Notes under the pieces: model-generated
What the model saw: the letters and a program-made list of their open reading frames with translations, nothing else
The model's database searches: none
What the model was told of the DNA's origin: nothing
Program-made: the position numbers and the translations under genes
Shown: positions 7,765 to 16,895 of the stretch, in pieces
How positions within the stretch are numbered: position 1 is the stretch's first letter
How the letters are laid out: every line of letters begins with the position of its first letter
Assembly: GCA_036642175.1 (NCBI GenBank)
Contig: JAVWDK010000003.1
Location: 1-35,300, forward strand
Direction: 5' to 3'
Origin: Bacilli bacterium
GTDB lineage: Bacteria > Bacillota_I > Bacilli_A > RF39 > UBA660
Length of the DNA stretch: 35,300 nt

Positions 7765-8347
7765 ATTAACAATATTAAGATTAATATTGTCAGTAATAAT
7801 AATAATAATTCTAATATTTCCGTTTGATACAATGGGACTTAGTTTGCCTAAAATATTTATTAATGAAGCATTAGTTGTTGATACAAAATATATAATAACA
7901 GGTTTTCTTTTTGCTATTGCTTCTTTAATTACTTTATTTGATAGAATTATAGCACGAAAATATAATTTGATAACAGATTTTAGTAAAATGTTTGCTTCAC
8001 TTACTGATAAAATATTAGTAAATTCTGTTTTGATAATATTATGTGCTTATGGTTTTATTCATCCAATCATACCAGTAATAATTATTATAAGAGATATTGT
8101 TGTTAATTCAATAAAAATGTTGGCTAGTAGTAAGGGGAGTGTAATGACTAATATTAGTAGTGGCAAATTTAAAACAGTATTATTAATGATTGGAGTTATG
8201 CTTACTTTATTTTATAATCTCCCTTTTGAATTATGGAACTTAAGAATATCTGATTTTATTTTAATTATAGCTTGTGTGTTATCTATTATTTCAGGTATAC
8301 AATATTACAATTTAAATAAAAAAATTATAGTTTTAGAAAAAAACTAA
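7748..8347 (+). CDS. pgsA: PgsA-like CDP-alcohol phosphatidyltransferase family protein with a degenerate catalytic motif
   Basis: LPNKLTILRL at the N-terminus, ARKYNLIT, LTDKILV and NLPFEL align with B. subtilis PgsA. GGGAGG serves as the Shine-Dalgarno. The gene overlaps the rodZ-like gene by 17 nt. See the findings for the motif substitutions. Confidence 0.8.
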   Translation: MKLPNKLTILRLILSVIIIIILIFPFDTMGLSLPKIFINEALVVDTKYIITGFLFAIASLITLFDRIIARKYNLITDFSKMFASLTDKILVNSVLIILCAYGFIHPIIPVIIIIRDIVVNSIKMLASSKGSVMTNISSGKFKTVLLMIGVMLTLFYNLPFELWNLRISDFILIIACVLSIISGIQYYNLNKKIIVLEKN

Positions 8348-8436
8348 TTTTTTTTTAAATAACTATCAAGTATAAAATTATATAAAATGTCCATAATTAA
8401 ATATAAAATTAAATCAATTTTATAATACAAAATATT

Positions 8437-8463
8437 TTAGCACTCATATATTGACAATGCTAA
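8437..8463. promoter_or_regulatory. CIRCE operator (HrcA binding site)
   Basis: TTAGCACTC-N9-CAATGCTAA against the consensus TTAGCACTC-N9-GAGTGCTAA. The left arm is perfect and the right arm matches 7 of 9. It lies 43 nt upstream of hrcA. Confidence 0.8.
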
Positions 8464-8479
8464 AATATAATAGTACAAT
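8451..8479 (+). promoter_or_regulatory. Candidate sigma-A promoter of the hrcA operon
   Basis: TTGACA (8451-8456), a 17-nt spacer and TACAAT (8474-8479), with the -35 embedded in the CIRCE spacer and right arm. An alternative -10 TATAAT at 8421-8426 would place CIRCE just after the transcription start, but its -35 is poor. Confidence 0.5.
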
Positions 8480-8505
8480 AAACATGTTCGGTAAAGAGGT
8501 GATGT

Positions 8506-9501
8506 ATGTTAAATCAAAGACAAGAAGAATTGTTGAAATTAATTGTCGAAGAATATATAAAAAATGCTAGACCTGTTAGTAGCAAATCACTATGTGATAT
8601 TTTGAATTGTTCAAGTGCAACGATTAGAAATGAAATGGTTTTTTTAGAAGATAACTTTTTAATTGAAAAAACTCATACTTCATCAGGAAGAATACCAAGC
8701 GAAAAAGGATATCGCTATTATGTTGATAATATTATGAAACCTAAGGAATTAAATGGGGAAGACATGCTGAAATTACAAACTATATTTCATAATCAATCGT
8801 TGATATTAAGTGATGCTATTCAAAAAAGCATGGAGATAATTTCTGATCTTACAAATTATACTTCTGTTGTACTAGGTAGTGCATCTAATTCTAATCGTAT
8901 TAGTAGAATTGAAGTTGTGCCAATTGATAATTCAACAATAATCGCTCTTGTTATTACTGATAAAGGTCATGTAGAACATCGAAATGTTTATTTTGAACAA
9001 ACAGTTGATACTTTAGAAATAAGAAAAACAGTGGATATCATTAATAAATTAATTGTAGGTACACCAATTAATGAAGTAAGTATTAAACTTGAATTTGAAA
9101 TTAAACCTGTCATCGAACAAATGATAAAGCAACATGAAGTACTCTATAACGCTTTTTATAATGCTTTTAATGATTTTACAAAAGAATCAAATGTTAAATT
9201 TTCAGGTACAAGTAATATATTAAAGCAGCCAGAATTTAATGATGCTACTAAAATAAGAGATATCATTAGTAAATTTGATGATAAAGATCTTGTAAAAGTA
9301 ATCAAAGAAGAAGAATCTGGTATTAATATATACATAGGTAGTGAGAATGAGTTTGATGACGATGTAACAATTATAAAAACAAAATATTCTGTTAATGGTG
9401 ATGAAGGAACAATTGCATTAATTGGCCCTAAAAGGATGGAATATGATAGAGTAATTACTTTGCTTAATTATATAAAAGACAACATTAAAGAGGTGAAATA
9501 G
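8506..9501 (+). CDS. hrcA: Heat-inducible transcription repressor HrcA
   Basis: The N-terminal winged helix is RQEELLKLIVEEYIKNARPVSSKSL. The size (331 aa) fits. The gene sits upstream of grpE-dnaK and is preceded by CIRCE. Confidence 0.95.
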   Translation: MLNQRQEELLKLIVEEYIKNARPVSSKSLCDILNCSSATIRNEMVFLEDNFLIEKTHTSSGRIPSEKGYRYYVDNIMKPKELNGEDMLKLQTIFHNQSLILSDAIQKSMEIISDLTNYTSVVLGSASNSNRISRIEVVPIDNSTIIALVITDKGHVEHRNVYFEQTVDTLEIRKTVDIINKLIVGTPINEVSIKLEFEIKPVIEQMIKQHEVLYNAFYNAFNDFTKESNVKFSGTSNILKQPEFNDATKIRDIISKFDDKDLVKVIKEEESGINIYIGSENEFDDDVTIIKTKYSVNGDEGTIALIGPKRMEYDRVITLLNYIKDNIKEVK

Positions 9502-10079
9502 TGAAGAAAAAAGATCAAGTAGAAAAAAAATGTGAATGCGAAGAAGCATGTGATTGTGGCTGTAATGAAAAAACCGAGTGTTCATGTAATGAAGAAATAA
9601 AAAACACTCAAAAAACTGATGAAGATAAAAAAATTGATGTTTTAAATGATTATATTAAAGAATTAGAAGAAAAAGTTTTAAGAGAAAAAGCTGAATTAGT
9701 TAATTATCGAAAAAGAAAAGATGATGAAATTATTAGTATGCTTAAATATTCAAATGAAGATATTGTCAAAGAATTGCTTACAGTTGTTGATAATTTTGAA
9801 AGAGCAATAAAATTAGATGATAATGATTTAACTGATGAATTATCAAAGTTTTTAGAAGGATTTAAAATGATTTATGCTTCAGTTATTAATGTTTTTAATA
9901 CTTATGAAGTAAAAGCAATTGATGGAGTTAATAAACCATTTGATCCTAAATATCATCAAGCTGTTATGACAGAAAAAATTGATGGTATGAAATCAGGCTT
10001 AGTAATAGAAGTATTACAAAAAGGTTACTTATTAAAAGATCGTGTAATTCGCCCAGCAATGGTACGAGTTAGTGAATAA
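9501..10079 (+). CDS. grpE: Nucleotide exchange factor GrpE with an unusual Cys-rich N-terminal extension
   Basis: The GTG start overlaps the hrcA stop by 1 nt (TAGTG) and is preceded by AGAGGTGA. The conserved C-terminal region is FDPKYHQAVM...QKGYLLKDRVIRPAMVRVSE. Confidence 0.94.
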   Translation: MKKKDQVEKKCECEEACDCGCNEKTECSCNEEIKNTQKTDEDKKIDVLNDYIKELEEKVLREKAELVNYRKRKDDEIISMLKYSNEDIVKELLTVVDNFERAIKLDDNDLTDELSKFLEGFKMIYASVINVFNTYEVKAIDGVNKPFDPKYHQAVMTEKIDGMKSGLVIEVLQKGYLLKDRVIRPAMVRVSE

Positions 10080-10095
10080 AAGAAAGGTGATATAA

Positions 10096-11940
10096 ATGAG
10101 TAAAACAATAGGAATAGATTTAGGAACAACTAATAGTTGTGTAGCAGTGTATGAAGGTGGAGAGGCAAAAGTAATTGCTAATTCAGAAGGAAATAGAACA
10201 ACTCCTTCAGTTGTAGCTTTTAAAAATAATGAAATAATTGTTGGTCAAAAAGCTAAAAATCAAATGATAACTAACCCAAATGTTGTATATTCAATTAAAA
10301 GATTGATGGGTTCAAAAGAAAAAGTTAATGCTAATGGAAAAGATTATAGTCCAGAAGAAATATCAGCAATGATATTAACTGATTTAAAGAAAACGGCGGA
10401 AAGTTATTTAGGAGAAACAGTTACGAAGGCTGTTATTACCGTTCCAGCTTATTTTAATGATGCACAAAGACAAGCAACTAAAAATGCTGGTAAAATTGCT
10501 GGTTTAGAAGTAGAAAGAATCATTAATGAACCGACTGCGGCAGCTCTTGCTTACGGACTTGATAAACAAGATAAAAATGAACAAATCTTAGTTTATGACT
10601 TAGGTGGGGGAACATTTGATGTGTCAATCTTAGAATTAGGTGATGGCGTTTTTGAAGTTAAATCAACAAGTGGAAATAATAAACTTGGTGGTGATGACTT
10701 TGATGAAAAAATTATGGATTACTTAGTATCTGAATTTAAAAAAGATACTGGGGTTGATATTAAAAAAGACAAAATGGCAATGCAAAGAATAAAAGATGCT
10801 GCTGAAAAAGCTAAAAAAGATTTATCTGGTATGAATCAAACTGAAATATCAATTCCATTTATTTCTCAAGGAGAAGATGGACCATTACATTTATCAGTTA
10901 CTTTAACAAAGGCAAAATTTGAAGATTTAGTTGAAGATTTATTAGAATCAACATTAGATCCAGTTAGAAAGGCTCTAAAAGATGCTTCTATAAAAGCTAA
11001 AGATCTTGATAAAATATTATTAGTAGGTGGTTCTACTAGAATACCTAAAGTAGTAGAATTAATAAAAAAAGAATTAAATATAGAACCTTCTAAAGGTGTA
11101 AATCCTGATGAAGTAGTAGCACTTGGAGCAGCTATTCAAGGTGGTGTTTTAACTGGTGAAGTTAATGATATTGTCTTATTAGATGTAACTCCATTATCAC
11201 TTGGAATTGAAACATTAGGTAGTGTAATGACTGTATTAATACCTAGAAATACAACTATACCAACAAGTAAAAGTCAGGTATTCTCAACTGCTGCAGATAG
11301 TCAACCAGCAGTAGATATTCATGTACTTCAAGGCGAAAGAAGTATGGCTAGTGATAATAAAACATTAGGCAGATTTCAATTAACAAATATTCCACCAGCA
11401 CCAAGAGGGGTTCCTCAAATTGAAGTGACATTTGATATTGATGCTAATGGAATTGTTAATGTTAAAGCCAAAGACATGGGAACTAATAAAGAACAATCAA
11501 TAACAATAACATCTTCAACTGGATTATCAGATGATGAAATTGATAAAATGGTTAAAGAAGCGGAAGCTAATAAAGAAATTGATAAAAAGAAAAAAGAAGA
11601 AGTAGATACTAAAAATGAAGCTGAACAATTAATTTTTGCAACAGAAAAAGCAATTAAAGATTTAGGTGATAAAGTTGATAGTAAAGATAAAGAAAAAGCT
11701 GAAGCAGAAATTAAAGAATTAAAAGAAGCTTTAGAAAAAAATGATATAGAAGATATCAAAGTAAAAAAAGAAAAATTAAATGAATCAACAATGGCACTTG
11801 CTACTAAAGTTTATGAAGAAACGGCAAAAAAGAATCAAGAAACTAATAGTGATATAAAATCTGATTCAAAAGACGATAAAGACAATAAAAAAGATGATTC
11901 AAAAGATGATGTAATTGACGCTGAATTTGAAGAAAAATAG
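10096..11940 (+). CDS. dnaK: Molecular chaperone DnaK (Hsp70)
   Basis: Hsp70 signatures are present: [24 protein letters not shown] and [12 protein letters not shown]-like. The length is 614 aa. Confidence 0.99.
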   Translation: MSKTIGIDLGTTNSCVAVYEGGEAKVIANSEGNRTTPSVVAFKNNEIIVGQKAKNQMITNPNVVYSIKRLMGSKEKVNANGKDYSPEEISAMILTDLKKTAESYLGETVTKAVITVPAYFNDAQRQATKNAGKIAGLEVERIINEPTAAALAYGLDKQDKNEQILVYDLGGGTFDVSILELGDGVFEVKSTSGNNKLGGDDFDEKIMDYLVSEFKKDTGVDIKKDKMAMQRIKDAAEKAKKDLSGMNQTEISIPFISQGEDGPLHLSVTLTKAKFEDLVEDLLESTLDPVRKALKDASIKAKDLDKILLVGGSTRIPKVVELIKKELNIEPSKGVNPDEVVALGAAIQGGVLTGEVNDIVLLDVTPLSLGIETLGSVMTVLIPRNTTIPTSKSQVFSTAADSQPAVDIHVLQGERSMASDNKTLGRFQLTNIPPAPRGVPQIEVTFDIDANGIVNVKAKDMGTNKEQSITITSSTGLSDDEIDKMVKEAEANKEIDKKKKEEVDTKNEAEQLIFATEKAIKDLGDKVDSKDKEKAEAEIKELKEALEKNDIEDIKVKKEKLNESTMALATKVYEETAKKNQETNSDIKSDSKDDKDNKKDDSKDDVIDAEFEEK

Positions 11941-11945
11941 AAAGG

Positions 11946-11968
11946 AAGTTCTAGTTTAACTAGAACTT
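11946..11968 (+). other. Intra-operon stem-loop between dnaK and pepF
   Basis: AAGTTCTAG-TTTAA-CTAGAACTT forms a perfect 9-bp stem with a 5-nt loop. It is followed by TGCCCTT rather than a U-tract. It may be a partial terminator or an mRNA stabilising or processing element. Confidence 0.5.
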
Positions 11969-11988
11969 TGCCCTTATGAGGAGAAAAT

Positions 11989-13791
11989 ATGGCACAAAAG
12001 CAAAAGCAAAGAAGTGAAATTAGTAGTGATTACAAATGGGATTTAACTAAAATATATTCAACTATAAAAGAGTGGAATAATGATTATGAATTTGCTTTAA
12101 ATGAACTACCAAAATTATCAGAATTTCAAAATCATTTAATGGATAATGGCTTTAATTTATATGATTATCTAAAAAAAGATACTGAAATAAGTCGTTTATT
12201 AGAAAAAATATATTTTTATGCTAATTTATCTAGTGATGAAGATACATCAAATACAACCAATCAAGAATTATTGGGCAAAGCTCTTAATTTATTTGATAAA
12301 TATAATAAAGAAATATCTTTTTTTAATCCTTTATTAATGGAATATGATTATTCTATTATTGAAAAATTCTATCAAGAAAATCCTTTATTAAAAGAATATC
12401 AATTTATTTTAGAACAACTATTTAGATATAAAAAACATACCCTATCAAGTAAAGAAGAAAAAGTTGTTAGTCAATTAAGTAAAACATTTAATATCCCTTT
12501 AAAAACGTTTGAAAAATTATCTGATACCGACATGAAATTTGGAAATATTATTGATGAAAATGGTAAGGAAGTTGAACTTACTGAAAGCAATTATTCTAAA
12601 TATATTCGTGTTAAAGATCGTAGAGTAAGAAAAGATGCTTTTAAGGAACTTTATAGAGTTTATGGAAGTTATAAAAATACTTTTGCAACAACTTATTCAT
12701 CAATTGTAGAAATTGAAGGATCTTTAGCTAAATTATATAATTATAAAGATGCTTTAGAAATGAGTCTATATGCAGATAATATTGATGTTAGTGTTTATAA
12801 CAATTTAATAGAAACAGTTAATAAAGGACTTCCACAAATACATAAATATTATGAATTTAGAAAAAAGCAGCTTAATTTAGATACACAACATTTATATGAT
12901 ACTAGCGTTGATTTAATTGATAGTAAAATAAAAGAATATCCATTTCTTGTAGGAAAAGATATTGTATTAAATGCTTTAAAAGTACTAGGTGATGATTATC
13001 TTCAAATATTAAATAAAGCTTTTAATGAAAAATTGATAGATGTATACAACAATATTTCTAAACGTGGTGGAGCTTATTCATCTGGTTGCTATGATACTTG
13101 TTCATATATTTTATTAAATTATGAAGATAGAATAGATGATGTATCGACATTAGCTCATGAATTAGGCCATACACTTCATAGTTATTACTCTAATTCAAAT
13201 AATTCATATCAATATTCTAATTATAAATTATTTGTTGCGGAGGTTGCATCAACGGTTAATGAATTATTATTAAACGATTATATGCTAAAAAATTCAAGCA
13301 ATAAAACCGAAAAACTGATTATATTAAATAAACAATTAGAATTATATAAAAGCACTATTTATCGTCAAACTATGTTTGCTGAATTTGAAAAATTTATGCA
13401 TGAAGCAAGTGATAGTGGAGAAATATTAACTAATGAATTTATTTCTAATGCATATTATAAATTAGTTCAAAAATACTATGGAGATAGTGTAGACATTGAT
13501 GAAGAAATTAAATATGAATGGGCTAGAATTCCTCATTTTTATTATGATTTTTATGTTTATAAATACGCAACAGGCTTATCAGCAGCTTCTTATATTGTTC
13601 AAAATATATTAAATAATGATAAAGAAGCTTTAGAAAATTACAAAAAGTTTTTAAAAAGTGGTGGTTCAATGTATCCTCTTGATGAATTAAAAATAGTTGG
13701 TGTTGATATGAATAATCCCAAAGTAGTCGAAAGTGCGATAAATATTTTTTCAAAAACTTTAGAGGAATATAAAAAATTATTAGATAGTTAG
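11989..13791 (+). CDS. pepF: Oligoendopeptidase F (M3B family)
   Basis: The zinc motif HELGHTLH is present. The length (600 aa) and the N-terminal YKWDL motif are typical of PepF. Confidence 0.9.
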   Translation: MAQKQKQRSEISSDYKWDLTKIYSTIKEWNNDYEFALNELPKLSEFQNHLMDNGFNLYDYLKKDTEISRLLEKIYFYANLSSDEDTSNTTNQELLGKALNLFDKYNKEISFFNPLLMEYDYSIIEKFYQENPLLKEYQFILEQLFRYKKHTLSSKEEKVVSQLSKTFNIPLKTFEKLSDTDMKFGNIIDENGKEVELTESNYSKYIRVKDRRVRKDAFKELYRVYGSYKNTFATTYSSIVEIEGSLAKLYNYKDALEMSLYADNIDVSVYNNLIETVNKGLPQIHKYYEFRKKQLNLDTQHLYDTSVDLIDSKIKEYPFLVGKDIVLNALKVLGDDYLQILNKAFNEKLIDVYNNISKRGGAYSSGCYDTCSYILLNYEDRIDDVSTLAHELGHTLHSYYSNSNNSYQYSNYKLFVAEVASTVNELLLNDYMLKNSSNKTEKLIILNKQLELYKSTIYRQTMFAEFEKFMHEASDSGEILTNEFISNAYYKLVQKYYGDSVDIDEEIKYEWARIPHFYYDFYVYKYATGLSAASYIVQNILNNDKEALENYKKFLKSGGSMYPLDELKIVGVDMNNPKVVESAINIFSKTLEEYKKLLDS

Positions 13792-13798
13792 GTGAAGT

Positions 13799-14896
13799 AT
13801 GAATAAAAGAGATTATTATGAAATATTAGGTGTTGATCGAAATGCGAATGAAACCGAAATTAAAAGTGCTTTTAGAAAATTAGCAAAGCAGTATCATCCT
13901 GATGTAAATAAAGAAGCTGGTGCATCTGAAAAATTTCAAGAAGCACAAGAAGCTTATGCTATTTTATCAGATGAAACCAAAAGAAAACAATATGATCAAT
14001 ACGGTCATGCTGCTTTTCAAGGATCACAAGGAGCACAAGGATTTGATTTTTCAGATGTAGATTTAGGTGATTTATTTGGTGATTTATTTGGTAATAGCTT
14101 TGGATTTAATTTTGGTGGGAAAAGTTCTAATCGTACTCAAAAAGGAAGAGATTCTGTTTTAAGAGTTAATTTAACTTTTGATGAAGCTATTCATGGATGT
14201 AAAAAGACAATTAATATTGATGTTACTGAAACTTGTAAAGAATGTAAAGGTATTGGTGGAATGGGTGAAACAACTTGTTCAACTTGCCATGGTAATGGAA
14301 CTGTTACAAGTGAACAAAGAACATTATTTGGTTCATTTATGAGTAAAACAACTTGTCCAACTTGTCACGGCAAAGGAAATAGTTTTAAAACAATTTGTTC
14401 TAAATGTAAAGGTAATGGTAAAATAAAATCAAATAAAGAATTAGAAGTAACTATACCGGCTGGAGTTAATACAGGAAATCAATTAAGATTAGCAGGAAAA
14501 GGTGAGGCTGGTTCTAATGGAGGCCCTAACGGTGATATTTATTTAGAATTTTTAGTTAAAGAACATCCTTTATTTGAAAGAGAAGAAAATGATATTTATA
14601 TTAAACTTCCGCTTACAATTACTGAAGCCATTTTAGGATGTAAAAAAGAAATTCCAACTGTTTACGGAAATGTAATGCTTACAATTTTAGAGGGAACTCA
14701 AAATGGAGATAAACATCGTTTAAAAAGTAAAGGTGTAGAAGATCCAAATAACAAAAGAAAAGGCGATATGTATGTTATTATTGAAGTTATTATTCCTGAA
14801 AAAATAAATAAAGAACAGAAAAAAATGTTGGAAGAATTAAATAAAACTAATTTAGATAGTAATCAAATATTTAAAAATTTTAGAAGTTATTTATAA
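13799..14896 (+). CDS. dnaJ: Co-chaperone DnaJ
   Basis: A J-domain is present (DYYEILGV...HPD). It is followed by a G/F-rich linker. There are four CxxCxGxG zinc-finger repeats ([32 protein letters not shown]). Confidence 0.97.
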   Translation: MNKRDYYEILGVDRNANETEIKSAFRKLAKQYHPDVNKEAGASEKFQEAQEAYAILSDETKRKQYDQYGHAAFQGSQGAQGFDFSDVDLGDLFGDLFGNSFGFNFGGKSSNRTQKGRDSVLRVNLTFDEAIHGCKKTINIDVTETCKECKGIGGMGETTCSTCHGNGTVTSEQRTLFGSFMSKTTCPTCHGKGNSFKTICSKCKGNGKIKSNKELEVTIPAGVNTGNQLRLAGKGEAGSNGGPNGDIYLEFLVKEHPLFEREENDIYIKLPLTITEAILGCKKEIPTVYGNVMLTILEGTQNGDKHRLKSKGVEDPNNKRKGDMYVIIEVIIPEKINKEQKKMLEELNKTNLDSNQIFKNFRSYL

Positions 14897-14918
14897 AATA
14901 CTAGAAATAGTATTTTTT
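14895..14918 (+). terminator. Rho-independent terminator after dnaJ
   Basis: AAAATACTA-GAAA-TAGTATTTT is a 9-bp stem with a GNRA loop. The T-run is partly within the stem and continues after it. Confidence 0.55.
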
Positions 14919-14928
14919 AATTTGTAAA

Positions 14929-14957
14929 TTGACAAAATAATAATATTAAGATAATAT
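14929..14957 (+). promoter_or_regulatory. Sigma-A-type promoter for the 361-aa orphan gene
   Basis: TTGACA (14929-14934), a 17-nt spacer and TAATAT (14952-14957). Confidence 0.55.
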
Positions 14958-14978
14958 TATTAAATACGAGGGCAAAAC

Positions 14979-16064
14979 ATGATAGAAAAAGAATTAAAAG
15001 AAAGTAATAAAAAATTAGCTGGAAATCTAAATAAATATCGAATAACTAGTTTATATTTAACTAGTATTGGTAATTCCATTGCATCTGGATATTCAATGAC
15101 AAGAATAACAAAACCTTTATTATTTAGAAATTCAACTATTTTACCAATTATGCAAGAACAAGGAATAGATACTAAATTAACTCATTTTGCTAGAGCACAA
15201 AATAATAGTGATGAACACATATTAGACTGGTTTTTAAATAATATAGAATTATCAGAAATTTACAATATAAACATATCAGATTATAATGTGATGAAATTAC
15301 AAGTAAAACTAGGAGACATAATCAAATATTATACAGCTAATGATTTTAATTTAAGACTTAGTGACTTAATACTAGAACATAATCCCTCTTTAGCCAATAT
15401 TGTTATATATAATGGAGCAACTGGCTCTTTTTTGGATAATATAACAAAAGAAGGGCATCGCTATTTTACATATGGAGTAAAAAGAGATTGCATTTCAATT
15501 GAAGCAATATTAAAATATATTCAAAATGCTAATAGAATCAAAAAAAGTAATACTCAAGTCTATTTATGTGGAGTTCCTAACTTATTAGGATTAAATATTT
15601 CTGACATAATAAATAATCGATTAAAAAAAATAGCTAAGCAATATGCTAATGTTACTTATGTTGAACCAGCTAAATCAAAACTTTTTTATAGAACTTTTGA
15701 TAATAAAATCTCCTTTGATTTACACTATGATGAAACAGAATATTTAAAACTTAGTAATAATATTATTGAATCAATTGCTGAAAATTATTTATTAAAAAAG
15801 ATTTTAATAGAAATAGATCGAGATTTATATTTTTTAAGTCAAATGATTGAAATAAATCAGGATAATGCTTACCAAAATTCTTTTTTCTTATCAGAATTTG
15901 TTGATAATATATTGAATTTTTACCATTTAGAATTAATAAAAGAGAATCAAAATGTTAACGAATTGAAAAGCAAAATATATCAGTACATAAAAAAAAGATA
16001 TATTCATGATTTTTATTTTATTAATAAAAAAATCAAAGTATTAAAAAAGCATAAAAATTCTTAG
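14979..16064 (+). CDS. Hypothetical protein with a possible SGNH/GDSL-like hydrolase N-terminal part and a helical C-terminal part
   Basis: This is a long ORF with its own promoter and a GAGGG Shine-Dalgarno. LTSIGNSIASGYS resembles SGNH block I (GDSxxxG with D replaced by N). FDLHYDETEY weakly resembles block V, but the D-H spacing is off by one. The functional call is weak. Confidence 0.6.
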   Translation: MIEKELKESNKKLAGNLNKYRITSLYLTSIGNSIASGYSMTRITKPLLFRNSTILPIMQEQGIDTKLTHFARAQNNSDEHILDWFLNNIELSEIYNINISDYNVMKLQVKLGDIIKYYTANDFNLRLSDLILEHNPSLANIVIYNGATGSFLDNITKEGHRYFTYGVKRDCISIEAILKYIQNANRIKKSNTQVYLCGVPNLLGLNISDIINNRLKKIAKQYANVTYVEPAKSKLFYRTFDNKISFDLHYDETEYLKLSNNIIESIAENYLLKKILIEIDRDLYFLSQMIEINQDNAYQNSFFLSEFVDNILNFYHLELIKENQNVNELKSKIYQYIKKRYIHDFYFINKKIKVLKKHKNS

Positions 16065-16170
16065 TTAAAAATTATTTTATTATTTCAATTCTAACATATT
16101 TTTTTGATCAAAATATATAATATAGATAATATTTGGGTTTTATGTTAAAATAAATATAGGAGGAGATATT

Positions 16171-16860
16171 ATGACACCACATATAGAAGCAAAAGAAAAT
16201 GAGATTGCAAAAACTGTTATAATGCCTGGAGACCCATTAAGAGCTCAATATATTGCTTTAAATTATTTGGAAAATTATAAATTAGTTAATCAGATAAGAG
16301 GAATGTATGCTTATACAGGTTTTTATAAAGGGAAAAAAATAACTGTAATGGCATCAGGAATGGGAATGCCTAGTATTGGTATTTATTCTTATGAACTATT
16401 TAATTTTTACAATGTTGAAAATATTATAAGAGTAGGATCTTGTGGAACATATACTAATGATCTTACCTTGTCTGACATCATTCTCGTTAAAGAAGCTTAT
16501 AGTGATTCATCGTATGCTTATGTTCAAAATGGATATGATAAAAAAATAATAGAATCTGATAACTCATTAAATAATAAAATAACATCAGTAGCAGATGTGA
16601 AAATTTATCAAGGAGTAATTCATTCTACAGATGTATTTTATAATAATGCTGACATTAATAAATTATACAAAGAACATAAATGCTTAGGAGTTGAGATGGA
16701 AAGCTTTGCCTTATTTCATAATGCAAAAGTATTAAATAAAAAAGCAGCTTGTCTTTTAACTGTATCTGATAACTTAATAACTTATCAAAAAATGACACCA
16801 CTTGAAAGACAAAATTCATTTGATAAAATGATAAAAATTGCTTTAGATTCTGTATTATAA
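16171..16860 (+). CDS. deoD: Purine nucleoside phosphorylase, DeoD type
   Basis: TPHIEAKENEIAKTVIMPGDPLRAQYIA, GMGMPSIGIYSYEL and GVEMES are typical of hexameric DeoD. A GGAGGAG Shine-Dalgarno is present. Confidence 0.92.
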   Translation: MTPHIEAKENEIAKTVIMPGDPLRAQYIALNYLENYKLVNQIRGMYAYTGFYKGKKITVMASGMGMPSIGIYSYELFNFYNVENIIRVGSCGTYTNDLTLSDIILVKEAYSDSSYAYVQNGYDKKIIESDNSLNNKITSVADVKIYQGVIHSTDVFYNNADINKLYKEHKCLGVEMESFALFHNAKVLNKKAACLLTVSDNLITYQKMTPLERQNSFDKMIKIALDSVL

Positions 16861-16895
16861 ATTAAATCTAATCCATAATAAGAAAGAGGTGACTA

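Noticed and set aside
11415-13753. Minus-strand ORFs 11415..11759 (inside dnaK) and 13523..13753 (inside pepF).
   Set aside because: The first is the antisense reading of the Lys/Glu-rich dnaK 3' region, which gives a long Ser/Leu/Phe-rich shadow ORF. The second likewise lies antisense within conserved pepF. Neither has a ribosome-binding site.
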